From the NCBI GenBank assembly GCA_965221165.1, contig CBDCRP010000002.1, forward strand, positions 480,001 through 544,000: a stretch of 64,000 bases of DNA, read 5' to 3'. The position numbers and the translations under genes were made by a program. Source of the DNA: a bacterium. Its GTDB lineage: Bacteria; UBA8248. Shown here one piece after another: positions 51,893 through 61,324 of the stretch. The notes under the pieces were generated by a model. The model was not told the DNA's origin and searched no databases. It worked only from the letters and a program-made list of their open reading frames with translations. Numbering within the stretch: position 1 is the stretch's first letter; the number at the start of each line of letters is the position of its first letter.

Positions 51893-52126
51893 TGGAGTCC
51901 AGTTCCCGCGCTCGTCCTCTCCCGCGAAGAGGTCCCGCGTGAGCCTCCCTCCCTGCCACCTCGTAGCCATCGACGCCGACGAAGCGGGCGCTGGCCGAGG
52001 CGGCGGGGCACGCTGTCCTCGGTCAGCATGCACCTCATTGCCAGCCGCTGGGCCGGTAGCCCTGCTCCTTCACCTGCTCCCAGACCGCCGTCTGGCGGCC
52101 GTGGTCGGTGGTCCCTAAATGAACGT
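51893..52126 (-). pseudogene. Fragment of plasmid/ICE-type ParB-like protein
   Basis: DHGRQTAVWE…LTEDSVP…ARFVGVDGYEVAG..GRLTRDLF spread across frames with stops. Confidence 0.5.
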
Positions 52127-52153
52127 TGCGGGGTGCGGCAGCATGAACTCAAA

Positions 52154-52375
52154 GAAGCCGTTACGGGCCGGATTCGGAGGTCAGTTGCACGATGATCCGA
52201 CAGGGACCCACTGGGATGCGCGGGAGTTTTAGTTGCTCCGCTTCCAATTTGATTACATTCTGCGGAAGCCGGATTCTGAACGGGACCGGAAATAATGACC
52301 TTTTTCCAATGATATCAACTGGATAACGGGATCTCATGGCCGATGAAGATGGCTCGACGTCCCTAAAAGGAGCGA
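52154..52375 (+). repeat. Diverged direct repeat, copy B (copy A at 35031-35253)
   Basis: Colinear similarity with copy A. Confidence 0.8.
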
Positions 52376-52481
52376 TTGCTGTTTGACCCGACCGGTGAGG
52401 GAGGGTTTGTAATCTTGAAGGGCATCAAAGGGGGGGAGTGTTGAGACGCGCACAATCGCTCCTTCCTCAGTCGCAATTGAC

Positions 52482-53477
52482 CTACACACTCACCCCCAAC
52501 GCCTTCTTCGCGGCTTCGACGACGTTGGCCGTGTTGGGGAGCACGAAATCCTCGAGGCGGGGCTCGAAGGGAATGGGCGCATCGAGGGCGGCCACGCGGC
52601 CGATGGGGGCGTCGAGATAATCAAAGGCTTCTTCCTGGACAGCCGCGGATATCTCCGAACCCACGCCGCTTCTCAGGTGGCCTTCCTCGACGATGATGCA
52701 GCGGTTCGTCTTGCGAACCGATTCGGCGAGCGAAGCGGTATCGAGCGGGGCCAGCGTCCTGGGGTCGACCACTTCTGCGCTGATGCCCTCTTTCGCTAGT
52801 TCATCCGCCGCCGCCAGGCAGTTGTGCACCTGATAACCCACGCCGATGAGGGTGATGTCTGCGCCCTCGCGCTTCACGGCGGCCTGGCCGAAGGGAGTGA
52901 TGTGCTCACCCTCGGGAACGGGGCCCTTCATCTTGTAGAGCATCTTGTGCTCCACCATGAGCACGGGGTTGTCGTCTCGAATCGCCGAGCACATGAGGCC
53001 CTTGGCATCTGCGGGGTCGCTCGGCGCCGCCACCTTGATGCCCGGTATCTGCATAAACCAGGCTTCCAGGCACTGGCTGTGGGTGGGGCCGTACTGCACA
53101 CCGCCACCGCCGGGGGTGCGCACGACCAAGGGCACGCTCAACTGCCCGCCCAGCATGTAGCGCAGCTTGGCCGCCTGATTGATGAGCGGGTCCATCGCCA
53201 GCATGATGAAGTCCATGAACATGATCTCGACGATGGGCCTGTAGCCCGCCATGGCGGCGCCCACGCCCGCGCCCACGATGCCGAGTTCGCTGATGGGCGT
53301 GTCGCGCACGCGGTCTCGCCCGAATTTATCGGCCAGCCCCTTCGTGACGCCGAATACATAGGCCAGTTCCACGTCCTCGCCCATGACGATGACGCGCTCA
53401 TCCCGCTCCATTTCCTCGTGATGGGCTTCGGTCAACGCATCCACAAAAGTGATCTCTCGCATGTCGTCTCTCTCCAA
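52482..53477 (-). CDS. 2-oxoacid/acetoin dehydrogenase E1 beta subunit
   Basis: MGEDV, RVRDTPISE, HSQCLEAWF, DPRTLAPLD. Confidence 0.93.
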   Translation of the reverse strand: MERDDMREITFVDALTEAHHEEMERDERVIVMGEDVELAYVFGVTKGLADKFGRDRVRDTPISELGIVGAGVGAAMAGYRPIVEIMFMDFIMLAMDPLINQAAKLRYMLGGQLSVPLVVRTPGGGGVQYGPTHSQCLEAWFMQIPGIKVAAPSDPADAKGLMCSAIRDDNPVLMVEHKMLYKMKGPVPEGEHITPFGQAAVKREGADITLIGVGYQVHNCLAAADELAKEGISAEVVDPRTLAPLDTASLAESVRKTNRCIIVEEGHLRSGVGSEISAAVQEEAFDYLDAPIGRVAALDAPIPFEPRLEDFVLPNTANVVEAAKKALGVSV

Positions 53478-53517
53478 GGTTATCGCTTAAGCGCGCAGCA
53501 CCGGGGGACGGGAATCT

Positions 53518-54507
53518 CTAGGCATACACGTCCTCGAGTGCGGATTCGAGCGTCGCCTCCGGGCTTTGCTCCGCAAAGTCGATGGCCCCGTTCAACTCAT
53601 CGTCCACGGCTTTTAAGTGCGCCTTTTTCTGCGCTTCCGTGAGTTTGAGCATTTCCGCCGCGATCGTCAGCGGATCGCGCTTTCTCCACTCGTCCACCTC
53701 TTCTTTCGTGCGGTAGGGGCCGAACTGGGGGTCGCCGCGCGAATGGCCGAAGAAGCGATAAGTCTTCGCCTCTATCAGGCTCGGGCCGCCTCCCTCACGC
53801 GCCCTGCGCACGGCCTCGGCGGTCGCCTCGTAGACGGCCACCACGTCCATGCCGTCCACCGTCACGCCGGGCGAGTCGTAGCCCTGCGCGCGCACGCTGA
53901 TGTCTTTCACCGATGTGGAGCGCTCCACGTGGTAGCTCACCGCGTAGTGGTTGTTCTCGCAGAAGAAGATGACCGGCAGCTTCCAGATGGCGCACAGGTT
54001 CATCGACTCGTGGAAACTGCCCTGGTTCGACGCGCCGTCCCCGAAGAAGACCACCGCCACCCGGCCCGTTCCTTCCAGTTGATAGGCGAGGCCCATGCCC
54101 GTGGCCATCGGCATGTTCGCCCCCACGATGGAGTGCGCGCCGTAGTGGCCTTTGGAGATGTCGGCGATGTGCATGGAGCCGCCGCGCGCCTTGCAAAGCC
54201 CGGTGGACTTGCCGAGAAGCTCCGCCATCATCTCGGGCATCCTGGTGCCCTTGGCGATGGAGTGTCCGTGGCCCCGGTGGGTGGTCAGGATGGCGTCCTC
54301 ATTGGTCAAGGCCGTGCAGACGCCGACCGAACACGCCTCCTGCCCGATGCTCACGTGAACCGCTCCCTTCACCCGGCCCGCCATGAAGAACTCGTCCGTC
54401 TTCTCCTCGAAGCGGCGGATCCGCAGCATGTTGCGGTACATCGCGTTCAAGTCCTTTTTCGTCAACCTTTTCGGCTTGGCCGATCTTCGCTTCGCCCTGG
54501 TGGCCAC
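53518..54507 (-). CDS. 2-oxoacid/acetoin dehydrogenase E1 alpha subunit (TPP-dependent)
   Basis: THRGHGH, RGGSMH, FFGDGASNQG…ENNHYA TPP motif, TYRFFGHS. Confidence 0.93.
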   Translation of the reverse strand: MATRAKRRSAKPKRLTKKDLNAMYRNMLRIRRFEEKTDEFFMAGRVKGAVHVSIGQEACSVGVCTALTNEDAILTTHRGHGHSIAKGTRMPEMMAELLGKSTGLCKARGGSMHIADISKGHYGAHSIVGANMPMATGMGLAYQLEGTGRVAVVFFGDGASNQGSFHESMNLCAIWKLPVIFFCENNHYAVSYHVERSTSVKDISVRAQGYDSPGVTVDGMDVVAVYEATAEAVRRAREGGGPSLIEAKTYRFFGHSRGDPQFGPYRTKEEVDEWRKRDPLTIAAEMLKLTEAQKKAHLKAVDDELNGAIDFAEQSPEATLESALEDVYA

Positions 54508-54632
54508 GGCTTCCCCCTCCCGGCGACATCGTCAGAATGCAACCGTTGGAATGTCATGAGAACATGATTTTTAGACCCTTCATCAGTACCACACGGGGCG
54601 GTGGTGGTTCAATCGGCGCGGTGGGCGGGGCG

Positions 54633-55319
54633 TCACGCTGGCTTCGCGGCGTAGCGCAGGAACAGCTCATCCCCCTCGCGGCGAACCTCCACCAGTGTCA
54701 GCCCCAGAAATTCCCCCGAGCGGAAACCCGGCCCGTCCATGAGCGTCGGAGCGGATGCTCCTCCCGCCAGCCAGGGGGTGAGCGTCACGTGAAACTCGTC
54801 TATATAACGGGCGAACTCCCATATCAGGGAACCCCCGCCCTCTATCAACACGTTCTTCATTCCCCGCTCGCCCAAGTGGGCCAGCACCTGACCGGCGAGG
54901 GAATCCGCCTCGTCCAGAACCACGATTCGCGCGCCCCCGGTTCGTGCTTCCCCAAGACGGCGTGCCCCTCCCGGCGCGGTGAATATGAACCGCTCGACCT
55001 CATCGCTCTCGAACCAGGGCAATTTCTTGGGGAAAACGCCGCTTTTCGTGATCAGAGCGTTCGCCGGATGCGGCGGGAGGCCGCGTTCCAAGCGTTCGCG
55101 CGCGAGGGATTCCTCACGCACCCTCGCGGGATGGCGCGCCGTCCTGAGCGTCCGGCCGCCCCATATCACCACGTCCGCACAGGCTCTCAGGCGATCCATC
55201 TCCAGGCGATCCGTTTTGGAACCTAAGGAGAAATCCTCGCGGTCGGATCCTGAGATTTTTCCGTCGAGCGTCATCGCCAGATTCGCGAATACGAAGGGTT
55301 TGTCCATGAAAATTCTCAT
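54633..55319 (-). CDS. RibD C-terminal/DHFR-like reductase
   Basis: AMTLDGKI, LRACADVV, LIEGGGSL. Confidence 0.85.
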   Translation of the reverse strand: MRIFMDKPFVFANLAMTLDGKISGSDREDFSLGSKTDRLEMDRLRACADVVIWGGRTLRTARHPARVREESLARERLERGLPPHPANALITKSGVFPKKLPWFESDEVERFIFTAPGGARRLGEARTGGARIVVLDEADSLAGQVLAHLGERGMKNVLIEGGGSLIWEFARYIDEFHVTLTPWLAGGASAPTLMDGPGFRSGEFLGLTLVEVRREGDELFLRYAAKPA

Positions 55320-55415
55320 CCCGTGGTTGTGGTCTGCCCACTTAAGGCATTAAAGTTCGTTGTCACCTCATGTTCGTGAAAGCCGGCATTCATCAGACAA
55401 AGGAGAGAAAACGCC

Positions 55416-56066
55416 ATGGGTGAATTCGACCAAAGGGTGGACCTTCCCGCACTCGATTTTCAAAAGCTCAACATCGGCCCCTACAGCAACAACGTATACG
55501 TGCTGACGTGCAAGGCGACGAAAGAGTGCGTCATCATCGACACCTCTCACTCCGCCGAGCCGATTCTCGCCGCGTGCGAAGGCGCCGCGCCCCAATACAT
55601 TCTACAGACCCATTGCCACGGCGACCACATCGACGCGCTCGACGAGGTGCGCAGCCGGACGGGCGCGCCCCTGGGCCAGCACGCCGAGGACGCCAAAGAG
55701 TTCGGCGTCAGCCCGGATTTCACCATCGCGGACGGCGAGGATATCAGATTCGGCGAGATTACGCTCAGGGCCATCCACACGCCCGGACACTGCAAGGGCA
55801 TGCTGATGTTCCTCTACCCGGGCCACTGCGTCTGCGGGGATACGATTTTTCCCGGCGGCCCCGGCAAGACCTGGAACCACGGGCAATTGCTCACGTCGCT
55901 CGATTCCATCGAGAATAAGGTCTTCGCCTTGGCCGACGAGACCGTTCTCTACCCCGGCCACGGGGCGAACAGCACCGTCGCGCAGAGCAAGGCGGAAGTC
56001 GCCGGGTTCCGGGCCGCGGGCAGGCCTGCGCCGGGTGAATTCGGGGACGTGACCTGGGACAGCTAG
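55416..56066 (+). CDS. MBL-fold hydrolase (glyoxalase II-like)
   Basis: THCHGDH, HTPGHC, GDTIF, YPGHG. Confidence 0.9.
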   Translation: MGEFDQRVDLPALDFQKLNIGPYSNNVYVLTCKATKECVIIDTSHSAEPILAACEGAAPQYILQTHCHGDHIDALDEVRSRTGAPLGQHAEDAKEFGVSPDFTIADGEDIRFGEITLRAIHTPGHCKGMLMFLYPGHCVCGDTIFPGGPGKTWNHGQLLTSLDSIENKVFALADETVLYPGHGANSTVAQSKAEVAGFRAAGRPAPGEFGDVTWDS

Positions 56067-56152
56067 AGATAAAACGCTACGGGATGAATTCGGAGCGCGC
56101 GATCCTTTCAATCGCGCGACCTGGGACAGCTAGACAACGAAGGAGCCATGCA

Positions 56153-56545
56153 ATGAGTTCAGCCGGCATCGTATTCGATCACGTGCACGTCATCAGCAAA
56201 GACCCCGAGGCGAGCGTGAACTGGTTCGTCGAAAACTTGGGGGGCGAGCGCGGAGATGGCGTCGTGTTCAAGGAAGCGCCGCAGATTCCTGTAAAATTCA
56301 ACGGCGCCACGGTCATCGTTCGCGGAGAAAGAACGGGCGAGAGCGCCGGAAATAAGGGCGGCCTCGAATGGGGGACGGATCATTTCGCCTTCCAGGTCGC
56401 AGGCGATTTTCAGGCCTATTGCGACGACCTCAAGGGAAAAGGTGTGAAATTCACCGTGGAACCGGTACAATTCAACCCGACGACGCGAATCGCCTTCATC
56501 GAGGCGCCCGATGGCGTCAGCATCGAGTTGCTGCAAAGAACATGA
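56153..56545 (+). CDS. VOC/glyoxalase family protein
   Basis: FDHVHV, DHFAF, APDGVSIELL. Confidence 0.88.
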   Translation: MSSAGIVFDHVHVISKDPEASVNWFVENLGGERGDGVVFKEAPQIPVKFNGATVIVRGERTGESAGNKGGLEWGTDHFAFQVAGDFQAYCDDLKGKGVKFTVEPVQFNPTTRIAFIEAPDGVSIELLQRT

Positions 56546-56600
56546 TGCCGCGGAGCTTTTGCTCCGCCCTCCAAGACCGCCCGGTTTGAAGAGGAATACC

Positions 56601-57662
56601 TTGTTTCACCTCGCGCGTATCGCAGCGCCGTGTCTCCTGATGGCGGTGCTCGTGTGGAGCGTTGCGCCAGTGGCGCATGCGCAGGATAAGCGCGCGCAGG
56701 AACAGGAGGAACTCCCCCCGGAACCGCCCCTGGGCCTCGACGACGTGCCCGTGCCCGAGAACAACCCCATGACGCACCCCAAGGTCGAACTCGGAAAAAT
56801 GCTGTACTTCGAAAAACGCTTCTCCGGCGACGGAAAGGTTTCCTGCGCGACGTGCCACATGCCCCGGCGCGGATTCTCGAACGCGCGCCAGTACGGAACG
56901 GGCTTTGACGGCAGGCTCACGCTCAGGAACGTGCCCACGGTCGTCAACGCCGCCTACAACGAATCCCAGTTCTGGGACGGGCGCGCGGAGAGCCTGGAAG
57001 AACAGGCCAAAGGCCCCATCCTCCATCCGAGCGAGATGGCCTCGAGCGAAGAAAAAATCATCCGGACGCTCGGCGCGATTCGGGAATACCGCGAGCGGTT
57101 TCAGGAAGCGTTCGGAAGCCCCGGCATCAGCCTCGAGCGCGTGGTGCAGGCCATCGCCACCTTCGAGCGCACGATCCTTTCCGGGAATTCCCCGTTCGAC
57201 CGCTGGAAATACGGGGGCGATAAGTCCGCGCTCTCGCCTCGGGCGATCATAGGGTTCGAGGTCTTTACAACCAGGGGAAATTGTGTGAAATGCCATTTGG
57301 TGGATGAATTCAGCGCGCCCTTCACGGACGATAAGTTCCACAACATCGGCATCGGGATGGACAAGAAGCCTTTAGAGATCGGACGAGAGAAAATCACCAG
57401 AAAAATAAAGGATCGGGGCAAATTCAAGACGCCCACGCTTCGCCACATCACCCAGACGGCGCCCTATATGCACGACGGCCGCTTCTCCACGCTGGAGGAA
57501 ATGGTCGATTTCTACGACAAGGGCGGCCACCCGAATTCTCACCTCGACCCGGATATGAAGCCTCTCAAGCTCACGAAAACCGAGAAAGAGGACTTGATCG
57601 CCTTCATGGGCGCGCTCACGGGCGATCTCCCGGAAATTAAAGCCCCCGAGTTGCCGAAATGA
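56601..57662 (+). CDS. Di-heme cytochrome c peroxidase/MauG family protein
   Basis: CATCH, QFWDGRA, CVKCH, FKTPTLR, APYMHDG; start uncertain. Confidence 0.9.
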   Translation: MFHLARIAAPCLLMAVLVWSVAPVAHAQDKRAQEQEELPPEPPLGLDDVPVPENNPMTHPKVELGKMLYFEKRFSGDGKVSCATCHMPRRGFSNARQYGTGFDGRLTLRNVPTVVNAAYNESQFWDGRAESLEEQAKGPILHPSEMASSEEKIIRTLGAIREYRERFQEAFGSPGISLERVVQAIATFERTILSGNSPFDRWKYGGDKSALSPRAIIGFEVFTTRGNCVKCHLVDEFSAPFTDDKFHNIGIGMDKKPLEIGREKITRKIKDRGKFKTPTLRHITQTAPYMHDGRFSTLEEMVDFYDKGGHPNSHLDPDMKPLKLTKTEKEDLIAFMGALTGDLPEIKAPELPK

Positions 57663-58390
57663 AGTCCATGAAGGCGAATTTCGCGGCGATTTTTTTCATC
57701 ATCGTGGCGGGAATTTTCTCTCTCTCCCACGCACCCACCCATTCATACGGTGCGGATGTTCAGGAGGGAAAATCTCTTTTCGAAAAGAACAACTGCGGAA
57801 GCTGCCACAGCCGCAAAGGACCTGAAACCAGGATACCCCCGCCCCGGCGCCACGGGATAAAAGGCCCCACGCTGTGGTATGCGGGCAACAAGTTCCGGCC
57901 CGGCTTTCTGGCTAAATGGCTCGCGAAACCAGAGCCTTTTCGCGGCGTCATCTACGGAACCATGAAGCGGGGGAAATACGCGCACCCCGTCCTCGCCGAG
58001 AAAGACGCGGCCAGGGTGGCGGCTTATCTCGAAAGCCTCAAGGACCCCGAAATGCCGGTGGGCGTCGTTCCGCACTGGAAAAAAATCCCCAGAAAAGTGC
58101 TCCGGCGGGCGAGAATACTGTTTCAGAAAAAACAGCCCTGCTATTCGTGCCACATGGTCGCGATACGAAAGACGGTTTATCGGGCGAAAATCGAGGTGGG
58201 CGGCCACAGCGCCCCTCATTTCAGGGAAGCGGGGAGCAGGCTGAACCCTGATTTCATCGTGTCCTTACTGAAACAGCCGGAACGCTACAACCCCAACGGC
58301 AGAATGCCGGTGTATGGGGATGAGGCGTTCACGAAACTGAGCGAGAAGGACTTCATCGCTCTCGCCGCTTACATCGCGAGTTTCAAATGA
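57659..58390 (+). CDS. Exported di-heme c-type cytochrome
   Basis: Signal peptide; CGSCH and CYSCH. Confidence 0.82.
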   Translation: MKSMKANFAAIFFIIVAGIFSLSHAPTHSYGADVQEGKSLFEKNNCGSCHSRKGPETRIPPPRRHGIKGPTLWYAGNKFRPGFLAKWLAKPEPFRGVIYGTMKRGKYAHPVLAEKDAARVAAYLESLKDPEMPVGVVPHWKKIPRKVLRRARILFQKKQPCYSCHMVAIRKTVYRAKIEVGGHSAPHFREAGSRLNPDFIVSLLKQPERYNPNGRMPVYGDEAFTKLSEKDFIALAAYIASFK

Positions 58391-58815
58391 AGTTTTATTC
58401 TCTCGTGAGAACGCTATTTCTCACACTTGTGACGGCGACGGCGAGCGCCCCCCTCCTTGTGGGTGCGGAAGAACCGGCGAGCCGCGTGAACGCGCAGGAG
58501 AATTTCCGCTGGTTCTGCATCCAGTGCCACGGCCCCAAGGGAGACGGCAAGGGGGTGAACAATACCAAGAAGCTGCCCGTGAGCCCCCGCAACCTCACCG
58601 ACGGCAAGGACATGGCCCAGTTCTCCGATGAGGACATGGTGCGCACCATCACCCACGGAGGCGGGGCGAGCGACCTCTCGCCCATCATGCCGCCCTGGGG
58701 CAACGTGTTTACAAAACAGGAGATTCGTGATTTGGTGGCCCTGATCCGCAAGCTGTGCAATTGCCGCTTCGACCCCAAGGCGAAAGAGGCGTTTTTGAAG
58801 CAACAAGGCCGGTAG
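58387..58815 (+). CDS. Mono-heme class I cytochrome c
   Basis: Signal peptide; CIQCHG.KGDGKG; MPPWG. Confidence 0.85.
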   Translation: MKFYSLVRTLFLTLVTATASAPLLVGAEEPASRVNAQENFRWFCIQCHGPKGDGKGVNNTKKLPVSPRNLTDGKDMAQFSDEDMVRTITHGGGASDLSPIMPPWGNVFTKQEIRDLVALIRKLCNCRFDPKAKEAFLKQQGR

Positions 58816-58826
58816 GTTCTTCCAGA

Positions 58827-59798
58827 ATGCGCGACATCATGCTCTCTATTGTCATTCTCGCTCTTTTTCTCTCAACGCCTGCGTCCGCGCTCGCGGCGGG
58901 AGAGCGGATTCTCGTCACGAACACGCGCGACGGTACTCTGAGCGTCATCTCGCGCGATTCCCACGAGGTAATCAAAACCATCCCCGCGGGCAGGAAGGCG
59001 AACCGCCTCTCGCTCGCGCCCGATGGGCGCCACGCCTACGTCATCAACGACGGCAGCGCCTATGTGCGTGTTTTCGACACGCATACGCTCAAATTCATTC
59101 ATCGCGTGCGCGCGGGCCGCGACCCCTACAATTTGGCGTTTTCCCCAGACGGCGCACTCGCCTACTTCGTGAACACCTATTCGGACAACGTAACGATTCT
59201 CGACGTCGCCGCCCAAAAGATCATCGGCCTGATCAAGCACGGGGGGAACAACCCGGTGAACATCAAGCTGAGCCCCGATGGCCGCCGCGCCTTCGTGGCG
59301 AACGAGCTGAGCGAGGATGTCTCCGTCGTCGATCTGAAGACCAGAAAACCGATCAAGCAGGTAGAGGCGGGCCACTACATCGAGGGAATCGACGTAACAC
59401 CCGACGGAAAAAGGCTCTACGTCATGAACGGAGAGCGCCACTCCTACAGCGTGGTGGACCTCGATACGCTCGAGACAATCCAGACGGTCAAGCTATCCGG
59501 CGAGCCGCACGACGCCCTCATTGCGCCGAACGGCGAATTCCTCTACGTCACTCTCCCGCACATTAACAGGGTGTCGGTATTCTCCCTGCCCTCGCAAAAG
59601 CGCGTCGCCAGAGTAAAACAGGGTGTGCGGCCCGACCTCATCGCCTTCACGCCCGACGGCGCGCTCGCCTACGTGACGAACAGGGATTCGAAAGAAGTGT
59701 TCGTGATGGATGCGAAAACACACCGCAACATCAAGAAAATCCGCGTGGGAAACGGGGCGCACGGCGTGCTCGTCGTGCCGCCCGCGCCGACGAATTGA
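58827..59798 (+). CDS. Exported YVTN/YncE-type beta-propeller protein
   Basis: Repeated SPDG/TPDG..AYV.N..S..VSV.D blades. Confidence 0.87.
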   Translation: MRDIMLSIVILALFLSTPASALAAGERILVTNTRDGTLSVISRDSHEVIKTIPAGRKANRLSLAPDGRHAYVINDGSAYVRVFDTHTLKFIHRVRAGRDPYNLAFSPDGALAYFVNTYSDNVTILDVAAQKIIGLIKHGGNNPVNIKLSPDGRRAFVANELSEDVSVVDLKTRKPIKQVEAGHYIEGIDVTPDGKRLYVMNGERHSYSVVDLDTLETIQTVKLSGEPHDALIAPNGEFLYVTLPHINRVSVFSLPSQKRVARVKQGVRPDLIAFTPDGALAYVTNRDSKEVFVMDAKTHRNIKKIRVGNGAHGVLVVPPAPTN

Positions 59799-59882
59799 TG
59801 GGTTTGGCTTTGTAGGGAGCGCGTATCCAGTCCCCTACGGACAGTTACACGATGCGCTTCATTGAGGAGGCGGGGCGCCGAC

Positions 59883-60767
59883 CTAACCACCCTCACCCGT
59901 GACGCAGCGAAAGCCGATCTTGTTGTTCCGGTAATCGGGTGGGCGATGGTAGCGGTTGTGCGCCGTGGCCCAGGCGATGGGGCTGCCCCAGGATGCGCCT
60001 CGGACGACTCTGGTTTTTCCCCTGGACGGTCCGTGTGGGTCGCGTTCGGCCATTTTTTTATAAGCTCTCGAATGGTAGCGGTCGGCCACCCACTCCCAGA
60101 CGTTGCCGGACATGTCGAGCGCCCCAAAGGGGCTCGCGCCTTTGGGGAAGCGGCCCACGGGCGCGACGCCAGGGAATCCATCTTTCCCGCCTTTCAGGTT
60201 GGCCCTCATCGCGTCGCGGCCCTTGCCCCAGGGGTAGAGCCTCCCGTTCCCGCCGCGCGCTGCGCGCTCCCATTCCGCCTCGGTGGGCAGGCGTCTGCCT
60301 GCCCACCCGCAATAGGCTTCCGCATCGGGCCAACTCACGTGGGATACGGGTTGGGTCGGCATGGTTTTCCAACTCGATTTAGGGCCTTCCGGCCGACGCC
60401 AGTCCGCTCCCTTCATCTTTCGCCAGCCGCCTTTTCCCTTTCTTAGGGAAGAGTCCCAGGTCCAGGACCACTTCCGCTTCTCGGCCGTCGTCTTGTATCC
60501 GGTTTGCGCGACGAAGCGCGCGAAGCGCTCCGCCGTTGCTTCGGTCTCGTCGATCCAGAAACCTGAAACAAAGATTTTCCGGGGCGGGCGCTCGTCCTTG
60601 TCGCTGGCTTTGCTGCCCATGAGGAACCAGCCCGAGGGAACGCGCACCAGCGTGGCGCCGTCGAATCCGGATATTTTCTTACTGGCCTGCTGTGCCTGCA
60701 CAAACGAACCGGTGACGCCCATGAGGCAAGCGAAAAACAGACAAACGTGGAATCGTGGGGAAAACAT
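59883..60767 (-). CDS. Formylglycine-generating-enzyme (SUMF1/NirV) domain protein
   Basis: RLPTEAEWERAARGG, DMSGNVWEW, IGFRC. Confidence 0.9.
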   Translation of the reverse strand: MFSPRFHVCLFFACLMGVTGSFVQAQQASKKISGFDGATLVRVPSGWFLMGSKASDKDERPPRKIFVSGFWIDETEATAERFARFVAQTGYKTTAEKRKWSWTWDSSLRKGKGGWRKMKGADWRRPEGPKSSWKTMPTQPVSHVSWPDAEAYCGWAGRRLPTEAEWERAARGGNGRLYPWGKGRDAMRANLKGGKDGFPGVAPVGRFPKGASPFGALDMSGNVWEWVADRYHSRAYKKMAERDPHGPSRGKTRVVRGASWGSPIAWATAHNRYHRPPDYRNNKIGFRCVTGEGG

Positions 60768-60838
60768 GCGCGTTCTTATCTCCTCATTCGCAGTCGATGA
60801 TGGGCGAAACAGGGAACGCCCCGCAAAAGCGGAAAAAG

Positions 60839-61267
60839 CTAGTCTGTGAGCGGGTCTCTGGGGTCGTCCACGAATGTCGTGCCCGCTGCTTCCTTGTTGG
60901 GCATACCGCCGTAGGTGAATATCAATTCCGCCGGCGCGTCCGCGCTCGGGTTCTCCTGACCGTGAATGCAACCACACGGGAAATAGACGAAATGGCCGAC
61001 GGGCACCTCTTTTCGGGTGATCTCCTCACCCTCTTTCCAGTAGATGTTGATGGGACCTTTCACCACGTAGATCGTGGTGTCGCAGTTTTTGTGATAGTGA
61101 AGCGCGTTGCGCCCTCTGGGAGGAATGATGGTTCTCCCCATCGTGATGGAATCGGTGCCCGTCGACTCTCGGTTCACGCCCCAGCGGATGTCATAGGGCG
61201 GCTCATAGGCCTTGTCCTCGTCTACGTCCAGGGAATTTACGACTTGCGGTATCGGCAAATCCGCCAT
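60839..61267 (-). CDS. Cupin domain protein
   Basis: HYHKNCD…YVVKG, PCGCIHGQEN. Confidence 0.82.
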   Translation of the reverse strand: MADLPIPQVVNSLDVDEDKAYEPPYDIRWGVNRESTGTDSITMGRTIIPPRGRNALHYHKNCDTTIYVVKGPINIYWKEGEEITRKEVPVGHFVYFPCGCIHGQENPSADAPAELIFTYGGMPNKEAAGTTFVDDPRDPLTD

Positions 61268-61324
61268 GAGATCACCTCCAAAAATGTGTATGGAATCCAG
61301 AAAATTCTCGTTCTGTCCTGCGTC

